Positions 26,101 through 28,022 of a stretch of 28,022 nt of DNA are shown here, in pieces (within the stretch, counting starts at the first letter, position 1; the number at the start of each line of letters is the position of its first letter). The translations under genes were made by a program, and so were the position numbers. The DNA lies in assembly GCA_018883325.1 (NCBI GenBank), contig VEQH01000059.1, positions 1 to 28,022 on the forward strand, in the 5' to 3' direction. The notes below the pieces were generated by a model. The model searched no databases. It had not been told where the DNA came from and was given only the letters and a program-made list of their open reading frames with translations. This DNA is from Flavobacteriales bacterium. Its GTDB lineage: Bacteria; Bacteroidota; Bacteroidia; Flavobacteriales_D; Crocinitomicaceae.

Positions 26101-27150
26101 CGCTGAGTTCGACCAAGCGTAAGTTCCGCCCGATGTAGGTCCGGTTACACTTAAAGTTGTTGAAGCACCCGCACAAATTGTTGCAGAAGGATTTGCACTA
26201 GCGGTTACTGTTCCAAGGTGGTTAAAAGTAGTGCTTTGTCCAACTAATAAAGCATTTCCACAGCGGTCGAGCAAAGTATTTCCGTCATTTCCAACCTTTG
26301 ATGTTATGGTAAATTGCCCTGAACTTGTTGCGTTGTAGTAAACTTGAACCTGATTGGTTGTACCACCTGTTGGACATCCTACACCAATTGCAGAAGTAAT
26401 TGTTGGAGAACCTGGCCCAGAAATTTGAAAATCACTTCCATTTGCAGCTATGGAACCACAAGTCACATTTTCTGAAAGTGTGAGTGTTACATAATTGCCG
26501 TAACAATTGTCAGTAGAAGAAATAATTTGAGGTGCTGTAACATCCAAAAAGGAGGAAGTTCCAGAGAAAGTTAAAGTATATCCATTTTGATCTTGCGTAT
26601 AATTATCCACAATCAATGCGTACGTTTGACCAGCTGTAACGTTTAAACCATTTGATATTGGAGAACCTCCTGCACCAGTACCTTCAACAGCGCCACCGAT
26701 ACTACCAGCATTCATTCCTGTGTTACCATAAGTTCCCGAATAATTACAACGAACCGGTGTCATGTTCGGGATATTTGCACAAGAAGTTCCTGTCAAATCA
26801 TATAAAGCCCAATCGTAATCGTTTGCGGTATTGATATTGAAACCAAAAGAACCCGCTGTTTGAACTGTAAATACATACCAAACTGATGCACGTTCATTAG
26901 TGGTCAAACAAGAATTAAATACCTCTTGTGTTCCATAACCACTATAAGAATTTGGTTGTACATACGTTTGTTGACAAACAGGAATTGCACTAGAACAATC
27001 TTGCTGTGAAAAACCCACAAACGATTGAAAAACAAGAATTAAGAGCGCAAAAAAACCAACGCAACTAGACAATAATCTACTTGATTCATTAGATTTTTTG
27101 GAGAGAAATTTAGATATCAGTGATAGTTTAGTCAAAACTGTGTTCCACAT
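17161..27150 (-). CDS. Giant (3329 aa) modular cell-surface or adhesin-like protein. No recognisable T9SS C-terminal sorting domain is present, so it may be 3'-truncated.
   Basis: It is a single uninterrupted ORF with the signal peptide ...VGFFALLILVFQSFVGFSQQ. The N-terminal Cys-containing module (DCSSAIPVCQQTY...WYVFTV...DWALYDL) is typical of Bacteroidota CHU-large / type-B T9SS cargo. A beta-helix-like segment occupies about 25290-25730 and a Gly-rich/collagen-like core about 24400-25280. Many Ig/PKD-like modules follow, including 8 tandem ~95-aa units (about 20550-22830). A ~335-aa propeller-like module occupies about 18715-19720, and 3 x ~84-aa ISYSG..C modules occupy about 17690-18445. 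The protein ends ...CTISTFTLPSIIFLSPP* directly against repeat locus 2. Confidence 0.9.
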   Translation of the reverse strand: MWNTVLTKLSLISKFLSKKSNESSRLLSSCVGFFALLILVFQSFVGFSQQDCSSAIPVCQQTYVQPNSYSGYGTQEVFNSCLTTNERASVWYVFTVQTAGSFGFNINTANDYDWALYDLTGTSCANIPNMTPVRCNYSGTYGNTGMNAGSIGGAVEGTGAGGSPISNGLNVTAGQTYALIVDNYTQDQNGYTLTFSGTSSFLDVTAPQIISSTDNCYGNYVTLTLSENVTCGSIAANGSDFQISGPGSPTITSAIGVGCPTGGTTNQVQVYYNATSSGQFTITSKVGNDGNTLLDRCGNALLVGQSTTFNHLGTVTASANPSATICAGASTTLSVTGPTSGGTYAWSNSANTSSTTVTPSSTTTYTVTVTYGGCTKTTSTTVTIAANPVVSISPINPIVCSGGTVDLTATSLVNGVNCSSCSYNWNTGTYVQNNVPSSVWTGRGIGTYTVTVTTASGCTGTASTTVSGPSANPASCNVIFASPSGGGTGLAAGSPTTLANAILLAACNNAIIKLQTGTYTLDNPLSIGSAMTIEGGYNVGYTTKTSQAGATTITRSALNPEGLPDAGRLVALQGLNQSNFRLQDLTITTAAAPAATPTYPKGISTYGIYLTNCSNYDIVRCQILPGAAGAGYAGSPGTAGTNGGSGITGSKGNSSQGLVLCQSDGPGAYGNGGTAGLGGANAAIIGGSATNGFAGGRGGSASGDDQYSNCTNGNPGIAGSGPGGGSAGIAGVREGSNGAGSPGDGGAGGNGSPGNPGNPGITLATNNYTGGFYNPSYGTNGTAGTGGSGGGGGGGAGCDDDGCKASGGGGSGGSGGGGGGGAGSGGFGGGSSFGLFLNNCVTPVGSLVDCFVNGGALGLGGAGGAGGAGGTGGPVIPFAAGNPCSNGDGDCNRGGAGGAGGAGGAGGTGGNGGNGVSVPVYFYGTSLPLATSITNFNLAGQPVITATNISCTNTNITHTGATAANFTNFGTGSSPASGNLTTQYSSIGRKTITTNVTYYTGFTNILIAASTTTPSIITASTTICPGTANFTASTINQGGLTYSWTVTNPPSGGTATIASSTSGSTNITFTNTGTTNLTFAVNLNITSSCCGPLQPVTLNIIVQPNTFLSQPVNASVCVGGNTSFTSNVTGPGSNGQWQFSTDNGGSWNNVPQGGVYAGVTTSTLSLTGVTSGMNGYLYRYTIVGPCGTVNSNSAVLTINNPPTATVNASPSNICSVTNQSSTLTFTFTGSAPWTVTYNTVTASGSTPTTFTTSNNPHTISVTPTQDVSYNITSVYTIAGCANTTLSGTSINVTTVAPNLVLTTNSVTSCGNVNLTTLVSPPPTSTLDGPLTYSVGNPTTVGSGTYTISNTNACGPSSQQVTVTVTPSPTITLTPSSTICSGTSVNLSTTVSSGGGTYLWSPGGQTTTSIIVTPGSTTTYGVTYTPPGCSPITASSTITVRPTPSAFISGTTTVCQNATQPTITFTNPNADQVLVYYTSTLNGGSPENFNVGVNGNSTATVLVPTSTVGTYTYTITTVQFQSGTPSCALTQTGTATVTITPLPSVTISGSGTVCQNGASPIVTFTNTNASDVLASYTVNGVAATPLLVPANGTATVGVNTATSGTITYALTGVAFNTPGGCTNTASGSAIFNVVPLPTVTISGTASVCQGASAPNISISNPNSAAVTVTYNLTGNPNQTMVIGAGATGTIPVSTATTGTYTYNLVSVALNSGAGCSATATGSATITVIQTPSISITGDATVCQGATAPTVTFTNFSSTAVSVNYTIGSTPNTITIPASGTNTVTAPTSTAGNYVYTLESASYTSGNACPSPVSGSISVLVLQLPTATLFGAETVCENGNATGFTITNPRPYDEQVTYTFTGGSATTVLVPANGTYTIYPNTTPSGTFTYSLTSVSYANYSTCSSALTGQTATLNVLPAPTATISGTTTLCLTNPATPTTITFSNPSLTSGVVVTYNFNGGASQTINISANATSTVTFTPSAVGTFTYNLESVEYTGANACSSPLTGSAVVTVNPLPTGTMTGAATVCQGSITNLTFTNTSSAEVVMTYALGGVNSTVIVAANSSTDVAVATGTPGTFTYNLVSIAYTSGSPCSQSSGGSAIITVNPAPTATLTTSVASACQNAASPIVTVTNPQSLPITVAYTINGVAQTPVNVSGNNTTPLSVPTGTATIYTYSITSVSYQSGGGCTNTGVTSVVTMEITAPPTITNTPVTVCSGVALNIPLTSSPSGATFEWNATNNINVTGETTAVQTTGTIADVLTASNVVTVVYNIIPTLNGCAGTSNTLNVTVSPPPSAPIPGTVTQPTCAVPTGSVALSGLPSSGTWTVTASPGGVTATGTGTTGTISGLAPGTTYTFTVTNAAGCPSPASTSVTINAAPTTVADPTFSSIPPVLCSSGASITINGLAGATVSYTVTGATATPLNSVVLNSSGQATIALTNPTVLNGENVVVTLTNISSGACGGLINVSSNITYNSGCNSFQECNLVVYKLGDGSTTLTSTTNVQVPVTIDEWNPSGSGSFILNHAPFSGTLTQNGSFSTNGNLIGFMNSYNGQLAVPGTGSTPSSQTEAANPKKTVILNGSASPVRTETFSTLAGSPYLGLRFTSAIPGPQANSFYCAGGNANNPVGGVWYFDGNNSAPIQICSSNQIINAQNIEIFNGNLYVSVKAASGGIYQIGSGLPTTTGQTATLIFSYTGNNIIDFSISPDGCTIYTADDGSSAAARRGVLRFNKTASGTWPIAENYKITGNTARGLVVDYSGTNPILYATTANSTTSPSAIGIQLQSFTDLGAANPAANWTKTLASTYRYAGVDFTPNSYKPITITTQPVAVNACAGNVTPLTVSATSTGSLTYEWFRRNADDCSSPAVSQGAPSASPSFTPTSSGFYFVKIVASCASVVVSNTVQVTITNPPTASLSSGAFCVSSSTSSSLTLTTTGSQTGAYWTGGGLVNFNTNSGEFTPDQNAVGDYTVEYIIPAANGCPQVQATATVSIISAPTANISYSGSPFCSSTGAQTVTFSGTSGGTYSATPSGLTINSLNGTITPSSSTPGGPYTITYSIPAAGGCQAVSVTTQVTITAAPTANISYSGPFCGNITTVQSVNFSGTTGGSFSATPSGLSINTTTGEITPNASTNGTYTVTYTLPAANGCPIFTTTASVTINALPNVTASLSSTSSCIAGTLTLTGGPAGMTSYSWTGPAGVTFTPNAFSQGPTVTMGSTGGTFTLTATDAAGCTNSATTATVTINPSPTVAVNCNNICAGTTTTVSATPSPAGTYSYAWTVPSGVPAPGNVPSLSTGVAGTYSVVVTNTATTCPSSIQSCTISTFTLPSIIFLSPP
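24431..24471 (-). repeat. In-frame 9-bp tandem repeat (CCACCAGCR x4.5 on the plus strand, encoding GAG-type triplets) inside the giant gene
   Basis: The sequence is CCACCAGCG CCACCAGCG CCACCAGCA CCACCAGCA CCACC. A second block of 3 copies lies at 24542-24568. Together these encode GGAGGAGGAGGAGGTGG-type tracts. Confidence 0.9.
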
Positions 27151-27190
27151 TCTAGTTTAAGGTCAACGAATTTAAGAAATTTTAATAAAA

Positions 27191-27198
27191 CAAACTTA
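27191..27198 (-). promoter_or_regulatory. Candidate -7 box TAAGTTTG, 40 nt upstream of the giant-gene ATG
   Basis: The minus strand reads ...ATTAATAAGTTTGTTTTATTAAAATTTCTTAAATTCGTTGACCTTAAACTAGA-ATG, an exact TAnnTTTG match. No convincing -33 TTTG sits at the canonical spacing. Confidence 0.35.
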
Positions 27199-27302
27199 TT
27201 AATTCAATAATAATCAATTGAATCAAACGAAAAATGAATTTCTTTAAAAACAATAGATTCAATCAAGAACTAGATAACGTTTAATTTTTTAAAAGGAAGC
27301 CT

Positions 27303-28022
27303 TTGAAACTTCAAGTTAAGAGAGAAAAGATAAAAATGTGCTAATTAAGAAATGTGCTAATGTGCTAATTAATAAATGAATTGAAAATGTAAAATTGAAA
27401 ATGTAAAATTCAGATTTCGGTGAAATGATTCACAAAATTTTCTTCGCGTTAAAATCCTAATTAAAAATTAACACTTCGATGGGCTCAGTATAAGAAGTTA
27501 AAAGTGAAGAGAGAAGAGTTAAAAGTGAGAAGTGTGCTAATTAATAAATGAATTGAAAATGTAAAATTGAAAATGTAAAATTCAGATTGCTTTGATGAAA
27601 CGATTCGTTAATATTTTCTTCGAGCCAAAATCTTAATTCAACATTAAAAATTAACACTTCGATGGGCCCAGTATAAGAAGTTAAAAGTGAAGAGAGAAGA
27701 GTTAAAAGTGAGAAGTGTGCTAATTGAGGAATGTGCTAATTAATAAAATGAATTGAAAATGTAAAATTGAAAATGTAAAATTCAGATTGCTTCGATGAAA
27801 CGATTCGCTAAAATTTTCTTCGATTAGTAAAACCTAATCAAACATCAAACATCAAAAACTAAAACCCCTTTCTTCGCGTTAAGATTTATCAATAATTTCT
27901 TCGCGTTAAAATCCTAATTAAAAATTAACACTTCGATGGGCTCAGTATAAGAAGTTAAAAGTGAAGAGAGAAGAGTTAAAAGTGAGAAGTGTGCTAATTA
28001 ATAAATGAATTGAAAATGTAAA
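27303..28022 (+). repeat. Mosaic intergenic repeat locus 3, 5' of the giant gene, running off the window end
   Basis: It holds tandem units of about 177-190 bp, with TTCTTCGNG at 27440, 27616, 27806, 27869 and 27897. The unit core is TTAACACTTCGATGGGCTCAGTATAAGAAGTTAAAAGTGAAGAGAGAAGAGTTAAAAGTGAGAAGTGTGCTAATTAATAAATGAATTGAAAATGTAAAATTGAAAATGTAAAATTCAGATTGCTTYGATGAAACGATTCG. A 127-bp perfect duplicate links 27439-27565 to 27896-28022. The orientation matches loci 1 and 2. Confidence 0.9.

Noticed and set aside
17218-26834. About 25 short ORFs overlapping the giant gene on both strands (for example 24582-24860 plus, 24639-24992 minus, 20033-20323 minus)
   Set aside because: They are alternative-frame or antisense artefacts of a long Thr/Gly/Ser/Ala-biased coding region. 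The translated sequences are low-complexity (L/H/Q or C/N-rich). The single 9990-nt frame explains the whole region.
17161-27150. Diversity-generating retroelement acting on the repeated domains of the giant protein
   Set aside because: There is no reverse transcriptase gene and no template/variable repeat pair with adenine-specific differences. The tandem protein domains are only about 30-50% identical and diverged at all base types.
541-27300. Recombinase-driven invertible promoter (phase-variation shufflon) for the giant gene
   Set aside because: All repeat copies flanking the gene and its upstream region are in direct orientation, not inverted. The recombinase is 26 kb away and operonic with a transposase. 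No inverted-repeat pair brackets the candidate promoter at 27191-27198.

Overview
This window looks like a chromosomal segment from a low-GC Bacteroidota (Flavobacteriia/Cryomorphaceae-like) genome. Supporting signs are type-A T9SS sorting domains, CarboxypepD_reg-type TonB-dependent receptors, TAnnTTTG promoter boxes and the absence of Shine-Dalgarno sites. From left to right it holds: (i) a two-gene mobile unit on the minus strand, a tyrosine recombinase immediately followed by an IS91-family HUH transposase that is cut by the window edge; (ii) housekeeping or envelope genes, namely a vWA double-TM membrane protein, a ClC channel with CBS domains, two TonB-dependent receptor-like barrels, DUF1015, YggS, a secreted cutinase/PETase-like hydrolase with a T9SS C-terminal domain, and ComM/YifB; (iii) one 9.99-kb ORF for a 3329-aa modular surface protein. 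The least explained signal is non-coding. An AT-rich, strand-asymmetric mosaic repeat family fills three intergenic loci (about 1566-1941, 16373-17160 and 27303 to the window end), about 2 kb in total. All copies have the same orientation, they bracket the giant gene, and they include 125-bp and 127-bp perfect duplicates. Several short sub-motifs vary in copy number between units. The family is not a CRISPR array, not a classical REP/BIME hairpin and not coding. Its edge lies within 0-3 nt of the stop codons of two minus-strand genes. One of these is the giant ORF, which ends without the T9SS C-terminal domain that its architecture predicts. Smaller observations are exact TAnnTTTG boxes only 5-6 nt upstream of three start codons (suggesting leaderless mRNAs), a strong orphan terminator-like hairpin in the ClC leader, and 9-bp in-frame tandem repeats in the Gly-rich core of the giant gene. 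All homology statements come from motif recognition by eye. No database search was run.
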